From: a virus
Taxonomy: Duplodnaviria; Caudoviricetes
Reading direction: 5' to 3' (one strand)
Length of the DNA stretch: 55,215 nucleotides
IMG/VR virus record: IMGVR_UViG_3300020045_003176
Span: 1-55,215 of that record
Part shown: one piece after another, positions 1 to 10,152 of the stretch
How positions within the stretch are numbered: position 1 is the stretch's first letter
Layout: the number at the start of each line of letters is the position of its first letter
The notes under the pieces: model-generated
Seen by the model: the letters and a program-made list of their open reading frames with translations, nothing else
Told to the model about the DNA's origin: nothing
The model's database searches: none
Program-made: the position numbers and the translations under genes

Positions 1-1
1 C

Positions 2-205
2 CGACTATCCCTCCGGCGAACGGGGGAATATGTCCTAGATGCGGATACAGTCTCAAGTCTCGGAGATGGAGATACGAACGCCGGGGCGCATGCCTTGGAC
101 AAGATGCGGGAAGAAATCAGGAAACATCGACAGTCGGGCGGATTGAGTAGCATACCACCTCGGGCCATGAGTCCGATGCAATATATGAAGAAAGCAGGTA
201 AATAA
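2..205 (+). CDS. 3' end of a virion/ejection-associated protein (partial)
   Basis: Own translation GEYVLDADTVSSLGDGDTNAGAHALDKMREEIRK...AGK*; this GEYV..D.VS.LG.G...AGA..L motif is typical of genes before ejection proteins in uncultured podoviruses; stop 1 nt before the next ATG; the first 24 nt may be chimeric. Confidence 0.6.
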   Translation, partial: RLSLRRTGEYVLDADTVSSLGDGDTNAGAHALDKMREEIRKHRQSGGLSSIPPRAMSPMQYMKKAGK

Positions 206-206
206 A

Positions 207-1925
207 ATGGGTATCTACGTTGCTGCGGATGGCAGTATTCAAATGACCCCGGAGGCACCGGCACAACCGCAAACTAGCCCTGCTGGTGGATGGCAAAATG
301 TTCCTCCTACACCCGCTCCATCTTATGACCCTTCAGCGCCTCCGCAACAAGGTACGAATCCGTGGGGGACAGGTCCGGTGATGCCTCCTGCCTATCCGTC
401 GCCGACGTATGGAACAGCACCGGGGATTAGAGCAAGCACGCCTCAGACCTACATTGCCGCAGATGGCAGCATTCAAATTCGACCACAGACGCAAGAGGCA
501 ACGCGTCCTTGGTGGGATGATGTCATGGACACGCCTAATATTCCTCCTGGGTATGTTCCATCGAATGCTGTTGCATCAAAGGGATATAACCCAGATGGTA
601 GTGGATGGGTAAATCAATCCGAGATTCAAGCAGGACAAGGCGATCAAAGCGGCCTCGCTGGACTCAAGGCTAAATTCGACCAACTAGTCAATTCCGGCGA
701 TCTTGCAGGAGCGAAGGCATTCTCTCAATTCCTCGGCCAATCTCCAGAGCAATACCAGAATCAACTTAACACCGTGGCAGGGGGCGGAACTGGCGGTAAG
801 AGTAGCACCTTTGTCGATCCAGGGCGTAGCGCGTTGCCGGGAGCTAATGCAAACAGCGGCATCCTCAGTAAATACAGCCAACCCGCCATTGACGAAGCCA
901 TCGCCTACATCAAAGCGAATGGTCAGCGCGACCCACAAGGAACAGCGCAACTCGCTGCCTCAAAAGGGATCAACGCCGCTGAACTCGCGGAACTGACGAA
1001 CCGAGCACTAGGCACGAATTATACTGCCGAGAACGCACAGGCGTTGATGACACAAGCGCAGAATCCGACTATCCCTCCGGCGAACGGGAATACTATTCTA
1101 GGTTCAGGAGGGCTACCTACCACTTTGGATGACTTCCGGCGCATGATGACAGGGGCAGGAATCACAGAAGCCAGCCAACCCTATCAGCCATACACCGGAC
1201 AACGGATACAGGGACTCGATCCACTCTCTGAACAAGCCTCCACCCTAGCCCAAGGAAATGTCGGCTCATGGAAGTCTGGATTGGACTATGCCGGGAAGAC
1301 CGCGCCGAGTCTGGTCAATGATTACATGGACCCGTACCAAGATCAAGTCACGGACAGGATTGCTCAACTCGGCCAACGTAACCTAACTGAGAAGCTGTTA
1401 CCTCAAGTCAATTCAACTTTCACCGGAGCAGGTCAATTCGGCTCAACGAGAAATTCAGACTTCAATAATCGAGCACTCCGAGACACCAATGAATCGATCA
1501 TGGGCGCACAAGGCCAATACCTAAGCCAAGGGTATCAGCAGTCAATGGACAACATCAATACAGATCAGACGAGAATGGCAAGTGTCGCTGGTCAAGGAGC
1601 ACAGTTAGGAGCAGCAGATGCCGCCTCACTGAATGCACTCGGACAGACGAATCAGCAACTCGGACAGAGCAATCTTGATCTGAACTATCAGAACTTCAAC
1701 GAGCAGAACAACTACCAAAAGAATCAAATGGACTGGCTGAACCAACTGGTAAAGGGAACGCCGAGTATGTCAGGATCAACATCTAGCCCGACCATTCCAG
1801 GCTATCAAGCTGCCCCTACTCCGCAACAGACCGGCAATCCACTCCTACAAGCCGCAGGGGCGTATGGTACGCTTCAGTCATTAGCGCCAGCACTATCGAA
1901 AGCCTTCGCAGGACCGGGACAATAA
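207..1925 (+). CDS. DNA ejection/pilot (internal virion) protein
   Basis: Gln/Gly-rich; YQPYTGQRIQGL, YMDPYQDQV and GAGQFGSTR motifs typical of podophage ejection proteins. Confidence 0.7.
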   Translation: MGIYVAADGSIQMTPEAPAQPQTSPAGGWQNVPPTPAPSYDPSAPPQQGTNPWGTGPVMPPAYPSPTYGTAPGIRASTPQTYIAADGSIQIRPQTQEATRPWWDDVMDTPNIPPGYVPSNAVASKGYNPDGSGWVNQSEIQAGQGDQSGLAGLKAKFDQLVNSGDLAGAKAFSQFLGQSPEQYQNQLNTVAGGGTGGKSSTFVDPGRSALPGANANSGILSKYSQPAIDEAIAYIKANGQRDPQGTAQLAASKGINAAELAELTNRALGTNYTAENAQALMTQAQNPTIPPANGNTILGSGGLPTTLDDFRRMMTGAGITEASQPYQPYTGQRIQGLDPLSEQASTLAQGNVGSWKSGLDYAGKTAPSLVNDYMDPYQDQVTDRIAQLGQRNLTEKLLPQVNSTFTGAGQFGSTRNSDFNNRALRDTNESIMGAQGQYLSQGYQQSMDNINTDQTRMASVAGQGAQLGAADAASLNALGQTNQQLGQSNLDLNYQNFNEQNNYQKNQMDWLNQLVKGTPSMSGSTSSPTIPGYQAAPTPQQTGNPLLQAAGAYGTLQSLAPALSKAFAGPGQ

Positions 1926-1928
1926 ATC

Positions 1929-3416
1929 ATGAACATAGACGAACTAGACCGCGTATATCAAGGGCCAAACTCCGGGCTAGGCGGCTTATCGTCCATAGCC
2001 GACAATACCAATGTCAGAACGACAGTCCCTAGTCCTTTGGATGGACTCAAAGGTGATCTAGATAAAGCAAGAACGACCGAAGCTAGCGCACTTGAGAGAC
2101 TTCGGAAGTCCTATGAAATTACGCCAGACGAAGAGGCTGCTAATACCGCTAACTTGTGGGGTGTGGCATCCAAAGCGTTGCTATCGGATGAACCTAGAGG
2201 TAGAGGATTTCTTGGTAGCGCATTAGCTGAAATGGGATCAGCCTTTGCAAAGGAAAAGAAATCGCAATTTGAAGCACAACGACAAAACAGAGAGAAGGGC
2301 GATGGTATTGAATATGCGAAAGCTGCGGATAGACTGAAGGCATTGGAAGGCAAGTATGCAGCGGCTATTACCAAGGGGCAGACCGGATCTAGTCAAGCTC
2401 CGTGGATTGTCATTACTGACAAGGATAAGACAAAATATCGCTTCAATAAACTAACCGGCGAGAAGCAACTTATTCCAAGGGATGAAGCGGAACGGTATGA
2501 ATCAGATGTCAAGAAGTATAGCGATTATCTGATTAGAACCGGCGATCCTGATTGGGACGAAAACGCTCATAAACGTGCCGCTCAAGAATCAGCGGCACGC
2601 ATGGCGGCTAGTGGTGGATCATCGGTGCCGTCCGCAATGCCAGCGGGAGGCGCACAAGTAGCATTGAATGGTGGGCAAGATCAGGCCGCATGGGCGAAAC
2701 AATTGGAAGCTGAAGGAAAGACGGCAGATGCGGAAGCGTTACGAGGCGCTTCGCCAGTGGTCACGCCCGTTCAAACACCATTTTTTACCGACAAGCGCGA
2801 TGAAAGGAAAGTAAAAACAGCAAGGGATGTCGCACAAGCACAGCAAGACGTTAAAGATAGTCCGGGGGCGACTAAGGGAGTTGAGGATAGGACTAGGGCT
2901 AAGGCTATCACGTCTGCTGAGGTTAAACAGTCGCTTTCAATGAAGGGAGTGATGGATAATCTTGAAGCTGCCGAAAAGATATTGACGGGTCCGATAGCGC
3001 CAACCGCTAGCGGAATCGGGAAGAAAATCGATAACATTGCTGCTGAGTTTGGTAAGTCTCCAGAAGGAGCAGTTCAAGCCAAAGAGTTGGTGAATATAGC
3101 AGCAGCATTAACCTCAAACGTGCCACGGATGGAAGGCCCACAATCCGATGCTGACCGAACATATTATGCTGAAGTAGCTGGACAATTGGGTGATGCAGGA
3201 ATCCCTGTAGATCAGCGTCTTGCGATGCTTCGTCAGTTCAAAAAGCGCATGTCACACTGGGACGAGAACGGGAAGTGGCATAAGAATCCAGAAGATGCAA
3301 AGAATGCTAATAAGGCAACACCAAGCACGCCTGCCGCTGCGCCAACTGCCAGCAGTGCGAACATAGAGGCTGCTAGAGCGTATTTGGAAGCCAGAAGAAA
3401 GGCTAAGTCGCCATGA
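1929..3416 (+). CDS. putative ejection (internal virion) protein
   Basis: 495 aa, Ala/Lys-rich helical; C-terminal PRMEGPQSDAD motif; second of three tightly packed genes. Confidence 0.55.
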   Translation: MNIDELDRVYQGPNSGLGGLSSIADNTNVRTTVPSPLDGLKGDLDKARTTEASALERLRKSYEITPDEEAANTANLWGVASKALLSDEPRGRGFLGSALAEMGSAFAKEKKSQFEAQRQNREKGDGIEYAKAADRLKALEGKYAAAITKGQTGSSQAPWIVITDKDKTKYRFNKLTGEKQLIPRDEAERYESDVKKYSDYLIRTGDPDWDENAHKRAAQESAARMAASGGSSVPSAMPAGGAQVALNGGQDQAAWAKQLEAEGKTADAEALRGASPVVTPVQTPFFTDKRDERKVKTARDVAQAQQDVKDSPGATKGVEDRTRAKAITSAEVKQSLSMKGVMDNLEAAEKILTGPIAPTASGIGKKIDNIAAEFGKSPEGAVQAKELVNIAAALTSNVPRMEGPQSDADRTYYAEVAGQLGDAGIPVDQRLAMLRQFKKRMSHWDENGKWHKNPEDAKNANKATPSTPAAAPTASSANIEAARAYLEARRKAKSP

Positions 3417-5560
3417 GCGAACTAGATGAAGCGCACGAAGCACTAGGCGAAGCGCTCTCAAAAGGAGACACGAAAACAGCAGACATGCTTGCTGAATTCA
3501 TTGAGGCGCAATCCGCATCGCCTACTGGATCACAAACGCCAAGTTACGACCCTCGCACGGCAGGATTACCACCAGAACCGACAGCTTCGGATACAGCATC
3601 AGTGTTCGACAAGGTAAAGGCTATGGCTAATACCGGCGCAGACATGGTGAAAAACTCTGTTGTTGCTCCTATCGGGAGTGCGGTATCGACCTTCGCGCCG
3701 AAGTGGGCAGAGAGGAATATTGCTCCTTTGCTCAGTCGGCCAAGAGATGATTTGGAACGTGAATACGCTGAAAATGCTGGACGATTCATGCGGGACATTG
3801 GCGCGGAATCGTTCCCTGGACTTGTCAATCAATTGTCAGCCGTTGGACGTGGTGCTAGGCCGCTGCGTGATGCGACGATCGGACGGATTAAACCCTCACA
3901 GAAGGCCGCGCCAAATCCAGTATTAGAAGCCACGGCGCGAGAAGTGATGGATGCTGGGTATAAGCTCCCGCCGAGTCTAATTCCAGGGTCTGGTGTAGTC
4001 CCTCGCGTGCTTGAGGGCGTTTCTGGGAAGTTCAAAACAAACCAACTAGCGGGCATCAAAGATCAGGTCACGACAGACGCACTAGCCCGTAAATACAACG
4101 GATTGCCTGACGATGCACCCCTTACGTCTGAAGCAATGCAACAGATCAGGAAAGATGCCTACGCGAAAGGGTATGAGCCGGTCGCCAAAGTCGGAGATAT
4201 CGCAACAGATAAAACCTTTGCGGCCACGATTGACAAACTAACTGATAACCGAAAGATGGCTGCTAAGTCTTTCCCTAATGCGGTCGCAGATGACATTACG
4301 CCAGTTATCCAAGCATTGAAAGTATCCAAGTTTGATGCTGGCGAAGCGTTGCAAATGACGCAGATTCTCCGCGACGAAGCGACTGCCGCTTATCGAACGG
4401 GGAATAACGCACTTGGTCAGGCGAAACGAGGCGCAGCTAAAGCGATTGAAGATCAAATAGAACGGTCATTGTCATTGCAAGGGAAAGATGGTGCGGAACT
4501 ATTAAAAGGATTCAGGGATGCTCGTACTCGTATGGCAAAGTCTCATACAACAGAAGATGCGATCCGCGAAGGCGGCGGTATGGTCGATGCCAAGGTATTT
4601 GGCCGCAGATTGCAAGCAGGCAAACCGCTAACTGAAGAGGGCGCAACTATCGGGAAGTTCGCTAATAACTTCAAGGATGTTTCTGGTATTCCTCAATCTG
4701 GGCATGCAAATCCATTTACTGTGCTTGATATGTTTACCGGTTTAGGGGGGGCAGGGTTTGCTAGTCCAGTAGCAGCGCTGCCCTTGGCGCGTGTTGCTGC
4801 TCGTTACGGAATCCTTTCAGACTTTGCGCAAGGAAGAATGAAACCAAAAGGACCGCCAGTCGTTGATAATTCACCGCGACCATTAGCACTGATGCCTGAA
4901 AATTTCCCTGCTGAATCCCTATACTCAAAAACGCCACCAGCACCTCAAGGGCGTGGCCTATTAAGCATCGCTGATGATCAGCCTATACAGCCACAAGGAG
5001 CGCCAGTAGGGGGTTTAGATTACCAAGTACAGCCAAGGCTAAAGCCGATGTTCGGGCCTAACGAAAGCCCGTTACAACTCGTTCCAAGGGATGTTCCAGT
5101 CGATAAGTCACTCTACCCAATGGGCGATAGAATGACTATGGAGTTTGCCAAGGATGTTCCCGAAGTCCCGCTAGGTCAAACTGGTGCATTAGACTTGGTT
5201 CGCCAAAATATCGGCAAGATAGAGAAGACCGGAGATATACCGAAAGCGCCACTCTACGAAAACACCGGAAGCGCGCTAGATCCGCTGAAACTCAGAGCTA
5301 CCGAAGGCGGCGCAGTGGCAAAAGCAATCGGCGATATCAATCGTATCGACTCACTTGAAAAGCCCACTCCAGCACAAAAGAGAGAAAGAGCCGCAGCAAA
5401 GAGATTTATCGAAGAGAACAAAGACCGCAGGCAATTAGCGGATCAATTGTTATACGAGGCGAATCAAAAGCGTGTCGTCAAGACTAACCGACCTTCACTT
5501 GGCGTACCTGAGCCAAAGATTGAAGCCCCTATGTTCGACTTTGACCCGAAGAGGCTTTAG
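3413..5560 (+). CDS. putative large ejection (DNA transfer) protein
   Basis: 715 aa helical protein, ATGA overlap, last gene of the late operon, converging on the early block. Confidence 0.55.
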   Translation: MSELDEAHEALGEALSKGDTKTADMLAEFIEAQSASPTGSQTPSYDPRTAGLPPEPTASDTASVFDKVKAMANTGADMVKNSVVAPIGSAVSTFAPKWAERNIAPLLSRPRDDLEREYAENAGRFMRDIGAESFPGLVNQLSAVGRGARPLRDATIGRIKPSQKAAPNPVLEATAREVMDAGYKLPPSLIPGSGVVPRVLEGVSGKFKTNQLAGIKDQVTTDALARKYNGLPDDAPLTSEAMQQIRKDAYAKGYEPVAKVGDIATDKTFAATIDKLTDNRKMAAKSFPNAVADDITPVIQALKVSKFDAGEALQMTQILRDEATAAYRTGNNALGQAKRGAAKAIEDQIERSLSLQGKDGAELLKGFRDARTRMAKSHTTEDAIREGGGMVDAKVFGRRLQAGKPLTEEGATIGKFANNFKDVSGIPQSGHANPFTVLDMFTGLGGAGFASPVAALPLARVAARYGILSDFAQGRMKPKGPPVVDNSPRPLALMPENFPAESLYSKTPPAPQGRGLLSIADDQPIQPQGAPVGGLDYQVQPRLKPMFGPNESPLQLVPRDVPVDKSLYPMGDRMTMEFAKDVPEVPLGQTGALDLVRQNIGKIEKTGDIPKAPLYENTGSALDPLKLRATEGGAVAKAIGDINRIDSLEKPTPAQKRERAAAKRFIEENKDRRQLADQLLYEANQKRVVKTNRPSLGVPEPKIEAPMFDFDPKRL

Positions 5561-5739
5561 TCTTTCTTCAACCTTGCCGCCATCCGCTTTGCCTTCTGTA
5601 CCCTAAGCCAGTATTGCTTATATGTCTCGCCTTGAATCCGTGGAATTAGCAACTTTTTCGGACGTACAAATAGTTGCTCGGCCGACGCCTTTATGTACAT
5701 CAAAGCGGCTTCTATTGAGGCTTCGGATAGATCGGTCAT
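5557..5739 (-). CDS. hypothetical protein
   Basis: ATGA-coupled end of the leftward operon. Confidence 0.5.
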   Translation of the reverse strand: MTDLSEASIEAALMYIKASAEQLFVRPKKLLIPRIQGETYKQYWLRVQKAKRMAARLKKD

Positions 5740-5966
5740 TCCACTTCCTTCTTCATGAAGTGCTCAAATATCGCCTTACCCATTGAATAATACGCGCCAT
5801 CGAGTTCTGTCCATTCGGAGATAATTGGAACTATTTTACGACGATCAGCCGAGTAACTTTTCCCGACTTCAGGCCAAGTCACAGTGATTTCATTTTCGGT
5901 GAATTCGACAATTGGGCCTACTTTAGCGCCATAAAGAAAAACCATGTCATGATATTTTTTAGTCAT
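5736..5966 (-). CDS. hypothetical protein
   Basis: Operon packing. Confidence 0.55.
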   Translation of the reverse strand: MTKKYHDMVFLYGAKVGPIVEFTENEITVTWPEVGKSYSADRRKIVPIISEWTELDGAYYSMGKAIFEHFMKKEVE

Positions 5967-6016
5967 TTAAGCGCCTCGTATCGTGTTCTAGGACGACTAC
6001 TAGAGCATTGTATCGG

Positions 6017-6196
6017 TCAGTCATCTTTACCTACTCCATGAATCCACTTCATCGGACCATACGCACAAGCACTAAACAAAGCAGCAACGACAAACCACCA
6101 TCCACTCTGATTGAGGATAAAGACAGCGTACCAACATCCTCCGAGCACGGCACCCTCATAGGATAGGATGTAGATAAGGTAGGTCAGGCTTTTCAT
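6017..6196 (-). CDS. small membrane protein (59 aa, not in ORF track)
   Basis: MKSLTYLIYILSYEGAVLGGCWYAVFILNQSGWWFVVAALFSACAYGP...; two hydrophobic segments; GAGGA SD. Confidence 0.6.
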   Translation of the reverse strand: MKSLTYLIYILSYEGAVLGGCWYAVFILNQSGWWFVVAALFSACAYGPMKWIHGVGKDD

Positions 6197-6205
6197 TTCG
6201 ATTCC

Positions 6206-6391
6206 TCAGTCATTATAAAACCTCGCCTCTTTAATAACTATTTCGTGATCCTCGTTAAATCCAAGTGTGACCTTTACGCCGTACTCCTTCAGAGTGTATT
6301 GACTGCTAATCGGAGTCTCTTGTTTAGCCTTCTCATTCCTAGACGCTTCTTCCAGAGATTCGTCCCAGTCGTCTTTCTTACGTAGGCTCAT
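6206..6391 (-). CDS. hypothetical protein
   Basis: ATGA overlap with the upstream gene. Confidence 0.55.
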   Translation of the reverse strand: MSLRKKDDWDESLEEASRNEKAKQETPISSQYTLKEYGVKVTLGFNEDHEIVIKEARFYND

Positions 6392-6618
6392 TCTTCATCC
6401 CCATACCCCATAACCACGCCAATCTTTTTGAAGAAGTAATGCTCGATCATTTTTACCTCGGCTTCAGTCATGCCGATCACAGCGAACAGAGAATCATCTG
6501 CACGGCGGCAGACACATCCTCTAGGCGTAACATGCTGGATAAGGTCTTGCAGGTCGCCTAGTTCTAATATTTCGCCAGTCATTTCGGTGGCTCCGATACT
6601 TCGATATATAGATCGCAC
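6388..6618 (-). CDS. hypothetical protein (start probably at MTGEI)
   Basis: Operon packing. Confidence 0.45.
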   Translation of the reverse strand: MRSIYRSIGATEMTGEILELGDLQDLIQHVTPRGCVCRRADDSLFAVIGMTEAEVKMIEHYFFKKIGVVMGYGDEE

Positions 6619-6733
6619 AACTCAGCTATTCGCGGAATGAATACCATCTTACCTCCCGGCCTAGTCTGCATAATAGCGATGGCTATTTCCTCGAACAGGT
6701 GTTGTCTATTCTCTGGAATGGTTAGATCGTCGT

Positions 6734-6949
6734 TCATTTCTTCACCCTGTTAAAAATGGCTAGTGATTCTTGCAAGTGCGCATCCAGTTCTTTCGCTACC
6801 CGGTCATAGCATTCAGGATTGTTGCACTCCTCGCCGCGCTCCTTCGTCCATCCACAGGGGCACGGTTCCCAGCAATCGCATGTTCCGACGCCTAATGATC
6901 CACATTTCACGCAGCAAGCGCTGTCGCTAATCATCGTTTCTAGGCTCAT
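6734..6949 (-). CDS. Cys-rich small protein
   Basis: GAGGTG SD; multiple CxxC/CxC. Confidence 0.55.
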   Translation of the reverse strand: MSLETMISDSACCVKCGSLGVGTCDCWEPCPCGWTKERGEECNNPECYDRVAKELDAHLQESLAIFNRVKK

Positions 6950-7132
6950 TTCGTCACCTCATTTAACCGTTTAACCTGCTTACCATTGCTTGCACAATGG
7001 ACGGAATAATCATCCATGTATAGCCGAACGCTACCCATCCCCAATTACTTGGCGTCAGTCCCCATCCATAAATCATGGTGAAAATAGACACAGGAATGAT
7101 GGATAGTGCAAAAAACAATACAATGAAAGCTT

Positions 7133-7360
7133 TCATTTCGGTGCTCCGCAGTTAGGACAATGACCGGTGTCTGCCGTGGAGGTTCGGCAGTATTCGCATG
7201 GTTTGACAACAGGGAGCATGGAGGCAGGATAGGACCAATGAGCCTGACCGCCGCCATTCGCAAGCACATAGCCCGCGCCACCGCACCCTCCACTCCCAAC
7301 GCCAGGGGTGACGAATGCGGCCCCGCCACTTCCTCCTCCGCCTCCACCAATACAGATCAT
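7133..7360 (-). CDS. Gly-rich protein with C-terminal zinc ribbon
   Basis: GGGGAGGGG SD; CEYC...CPNCG. Confidence 0.5.
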   Translation of the reverse strand: MICIGGGGGGSGGAAFVTPGVGSGGCGGAGYVLANGGGQAHWSYPASMLPVVKPCEYCRTSTADTGHCPNCGAPK

Positions 7361-7511
7361 TTCTTCCCCTCCCCACGTCTAACAATATACATCTCGCACC
7401 GATCCTCACCGGGCTTTACCTGGAATTCCTGGTACGCCTGCCACTGCCAAGCCGGTGCCGTGAATCGGTAACATGCCTCGCGGGACGGACAGGTCTTGTT
7501 GGAGCATAGGG

Positions 7512-7727
7512 TTATGTCGGGCATGACTTCGACCTATCACGAATGGCGCGAGCTATTTCAATTCCACCATTGACGAAACAATCTGCCGTTTCGGCGCATG
7601 CCTCACGTTCGTCAATACCGCCAACGGCGTATGCCAGCCGAGCAATATCGCGCACTTGGTCCAACGTATAAACGCCATCCGTGCGCTGACCATCGACAAC
7701 CTCGCACCAGTAGTCCTCAAAGGTCAT
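7512..7727 (-). CDS. hypothetical phage protein
   Basis: EREACA...IARAIR motif common in proteobacterial phage early regions; GGAGG SD. Confidence 0.6.
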   Translation of the reverse strand: MTFEDYWCEVVDGQRTDGVYTLDQVRDIARLAYAVGGIDEREACAETADCFVNGGIEIARAIRDRSKSCPT

Positions 7728-7981
7728 TAGTATTCCTCCTTCTCAAACGTGATAGGCATCGACAAGGGCAGCGGTACTCGCGTTCCGTCAGACTGCTCTA
7801 ACCACATGGCTGTGACCTTGACTTGTCTCGCCAGGGCTAGTTTCGTCGCCTCTTGCCATGCCAACCAGGCAGTGTGCGTCGGTAGCGCAAGGTATTCGTC
7901 ATTGCTTTCCAGTCTGCACATATTCCAGTCAATGGTCGAGTTCCGCATCCACGATTCAAACTGCTCTCTGCTGGTCATGGT
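7727..7981 (-). CDS. hypothetical protein (SREQFE/AWLAWQ type)
   Basis: Start trimmed to MMTSREQFESW region after GGAG SD; lambdoid nin-like family motif. Confidence 0.55.
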   Translation of the reverse strand, partial: TMTSREQFESWMRNSTIDWNMCRLESNDEYLALPTHTAWLAWQEATKLALARQVKVTAMWLEQSDGTRVPLPLSMPITFEKEEY

Positions 7982-8163
7982 TTCTCCCAGCCTATTATTT
8001 TGTGGCAGCAAACGCAGATCACGGCGCAGTACGGCAAGCCAAAACATTTGCGCCAATCAGATTGCACTTGCCCCCGCATAAAACTGGTGTCCGGCCATTG
8101 GCACTTCGGACATTCTACAAGTGCTTTCGGGCGGCGTTTGAGTAATGTGTATTCATCGCTCAT
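7975..8163 (-). CDS. zinc-finger-like hypothetical protein
   Basis: CPKC...CVCC; ATGA coupling. Confidence 0.5.
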   Translation of the reverse strand: MSDEYTLLKRRPKALVECPKCQWPDTSFMRGQVQSDWRKCFGLPYCAVICVCCHKIIGWEKP

Positions 8164-8357
8164 GGCTTCGCCTCCCTGTATTCGTCAGCAAGTAGCCCTA
8201 AATGTTCCCGCGATACGACTCGTCTAGCGGCATCCTCAAGAGCCATCGCAGCCGCTAGATTCAGAGCGTGGGTAATTGTTTTTGGAAACTCCGATACGTC
8301 GCGTACCGTGAATCCAGCTTCCTTGGCTATCGCCAGTGCTTGTTCGGTGGTGATCAT
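8160..8357 (-). CDS. hypothetical protein
   Basis: ATGA coupling. Confidence 0.55.
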   Translation of the reverse strand: MITTEQALAIAKEAGFTVRDVSEFPKTITHALNLAAAMALEDAARRVVSREHLGLLADEYREAKP

Positions 8358-8560
8358 TCCATCCTCGCAATCTCAGCCTTCAAGTCATCTCGCCCAGTTT
8401 TGTAAGCGAAGCGCCATGTTTCTCGCAAAGCAAAATCTAAGTTAGCGAACTCGTCGTGCGTATGAAGCCCAACTATCAGCGTCCCGATACCGCTGATAGT
8501 GAAGTACCCGACACCATTATCACCACCCTTGCCGTCTTGCTCCCAGCGTGAAGTGATCAT
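8354..8560 (-). CDS. hypothetical protein
   Basis: ATGA coupling. Confidence 0.55.
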   Translation of the reverse strand: MITSRWEQDGKGGDNGVGYFTISGIGTLIVGLHTHDEFANLDFALRETWRFAYKTGRDDLKAEIARME

Positions 8561-8874
8561 GGCATCTTCTCCCCTATGGCTGCCGTCGCACGGACGATGG
8601 CCCGCCGCGTTGAAGCTCGGTCATCATCCTCAAGTAGTTGCTCTGTGTACGGACCCATCCTTTGACCGACAACCACATAGACATCGCTGGTAAATGTGAC
8701 AATCAGGCGCAGTTTCACAAGAAGATGGAAGGACTCGCCGTCATCTAGAAGAGGATTCCAGATATCGTTATACCCTTCTTGCTGGACCCAATACCCCTCG
8801 TACTGGGGCATCCATTCACCTATGTCAATCCCTGCGGCCTTTGCTGCCAGCGTCAGAAGCTCTAGGTCAGTCAT
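8557..8874 (-). CDS. conserved phage protein (NinX-like, ELLxLAAKAAG...WNPLxDDG...TRRAIV)
   Basis: Recognisable motif set. Confidence 0.6.
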   Translation of the reverse strand: MTDLELLTLAAKAAGIDIGEWMPQYEGYWVQQEGYNDIWNPLLDDGESFHLLVKLRLIVTFTSDVYVVVGQRMGPYTEQLLEDDDRASTRRAIVRATAAIGEKMP

Positions 8875-9040
8875 TTCAGTACATCCTTAGCCACCAGCCC
8901 TATCCAGGTGCAAGCATGGTGGTTGTCGGTAATAGCGGCAATTGTTCCGTGCTTACATATCGCATGTGTCGGTGTGTCGCCCATCGTTGCTGGAACATAA
9001 CCGGCATCGAGTGCAATGCGCAATCTGTCGTCGTCATCTA

Positions 9041-9328
9041 TCATTTCAATATCTCCACCGCTTTAAGCGCGCCGGTCTCGCCGTCGAAAGTGACCTTACA
9101 ATTGTCGTCACTGTCTCGCACACCGTAGATACGGCTCGGTGTGATTCGGATATAGCCAACCTTATCCGGCTTAGGCTCGGGCTTGACGCGGTATTCGTTA
9201 TAATCAAAATTGAACGTCGGGCCTTTTGCCATAAGCCACGCATCGTGCATCGTTGCGGATCGATACTCAATAGCTCTCCCCTCTTTGTGCGCCGTGATAA
9301 CTTCTAACATCTGATCCAAAGTATTCAT
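9041..9328 (-). CDS. hypothetical phage protein (AxxEGxxIEY...YRVKPEP)
   Basis: Common phage family motif; ATGA coupling. Confidence 0.6.
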   Translation of the reverse strand: MNTLDQMLEVITAHKEGRAIEYRSATMHDAWLMAKGPTFNFDYNEYRVKPEPKPDKVGYIRITPSRIYGVRDSDDNCKVTFDGETGALKAVEILK

Positions 9329-9537
9329 ATTGCCCTCTTATTCCATTCGACAATAGCGGCTTCTACAGCACGTTTCTCCCACTCTTCAGGTGTTCCGCTT
9401 CCCGCAGTTTGAATACGGACATCCGGGCCAGCAGCACCGCAGCAGTGGCAATTCACCAAGCGCCACCGAAACGTGTCACCTTCAACCACTGTTACGTCAT
9501 TACTACCGCAGAATGGGCATGGCAGGACATCAGTCAT
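9325..9537 (-). CDS. lar: Lar-family restriction alleviation protein
   Basis: LPCPFCG...CHCCGAAGP...AIVEWNKR signature. Confidence 0.8.
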   Translation of the reverse strand: MTDVLPCPFCGSNDVTVVEGDTFRWRLVNCHCCGAAGPDVRIQTAGSGTPEEWEKRAVEAAIVEWNKRAI

Positions 9538-9706
9538 TCCGTCTCCAGTTCATTCAGTGCTTCTTGCAGGGCGATATCCTCATCGCAAACAAGCGCCGCA
9601 TTGATCAGCGATGCCTTTGCCGCCCGAGCAACAGCGATTAGCTTCATGGTTGTCGCGTGGGTAATTAAGCCATACCTGGTCTGCAACCATTCGATATCGT
9701 CTATGG

Positions 9707-9946
9707 TCACTTGGCTAACTCCTTAGCTACATTACCGATGAATCCTAGATTCTTCCCGCACTTGCGACAGATGGCATCGCATGCTGATGTTTCACGGACT
9801 CCGCCATCGTGCTTACATCGCCACTCACGGAACATGGAAGGGACGCAAGCCAAGAACAGAACGACGAGCGCCATCAGGGTCAATCCGATAGCTATGGCGA
9901 AATCAGCGACACCACGCATTATCCAGAAGCTGAAATAGTCACTCAC
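9707..9946 (-). CDS. membrane protein with C-terminal Cys motif
   Basis: One TM helix then CKH...CRKCG. Confidence 0.5.
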   Translation of the reverse strand: MSDYFSFWIMRGVADFAIAIGLTLMALVVLFLACVPSMFREWRCKHDGGVRETSACDAICRKCGKNLGFIGNVAKELAK

Positions 9947-9957
9947 AATTTCATCTC

Positions 9958-10152
9958 CTACGCCTTCCCTACATTGTCAGCCATCACGGTAAGAGCAAGC
10001 TCTTTCCCTCGCGCAGCTTCAGCCTTAAGTTCCTCAATCGCGTCGAGCGTTTGGTCTGGGTCGGAGCATCCGTCGTCACCAATACCAAGCGCCTCGTCAA
10101 TCGCCGCCAACGTCCTCACAGCCTGCTCAAACATCCTCTTGTATTCACTCAC
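9958..10152 (-). CDS. hypothetical protein
   Basis: Operon packing. Confidence 0.5.
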   Translation of the reverse strand: MSEYKRMFEQAVRTLAAIDEALGIGDDGCSDPDQTLDAIEELKAEAARGKELALTVMADNVGKA

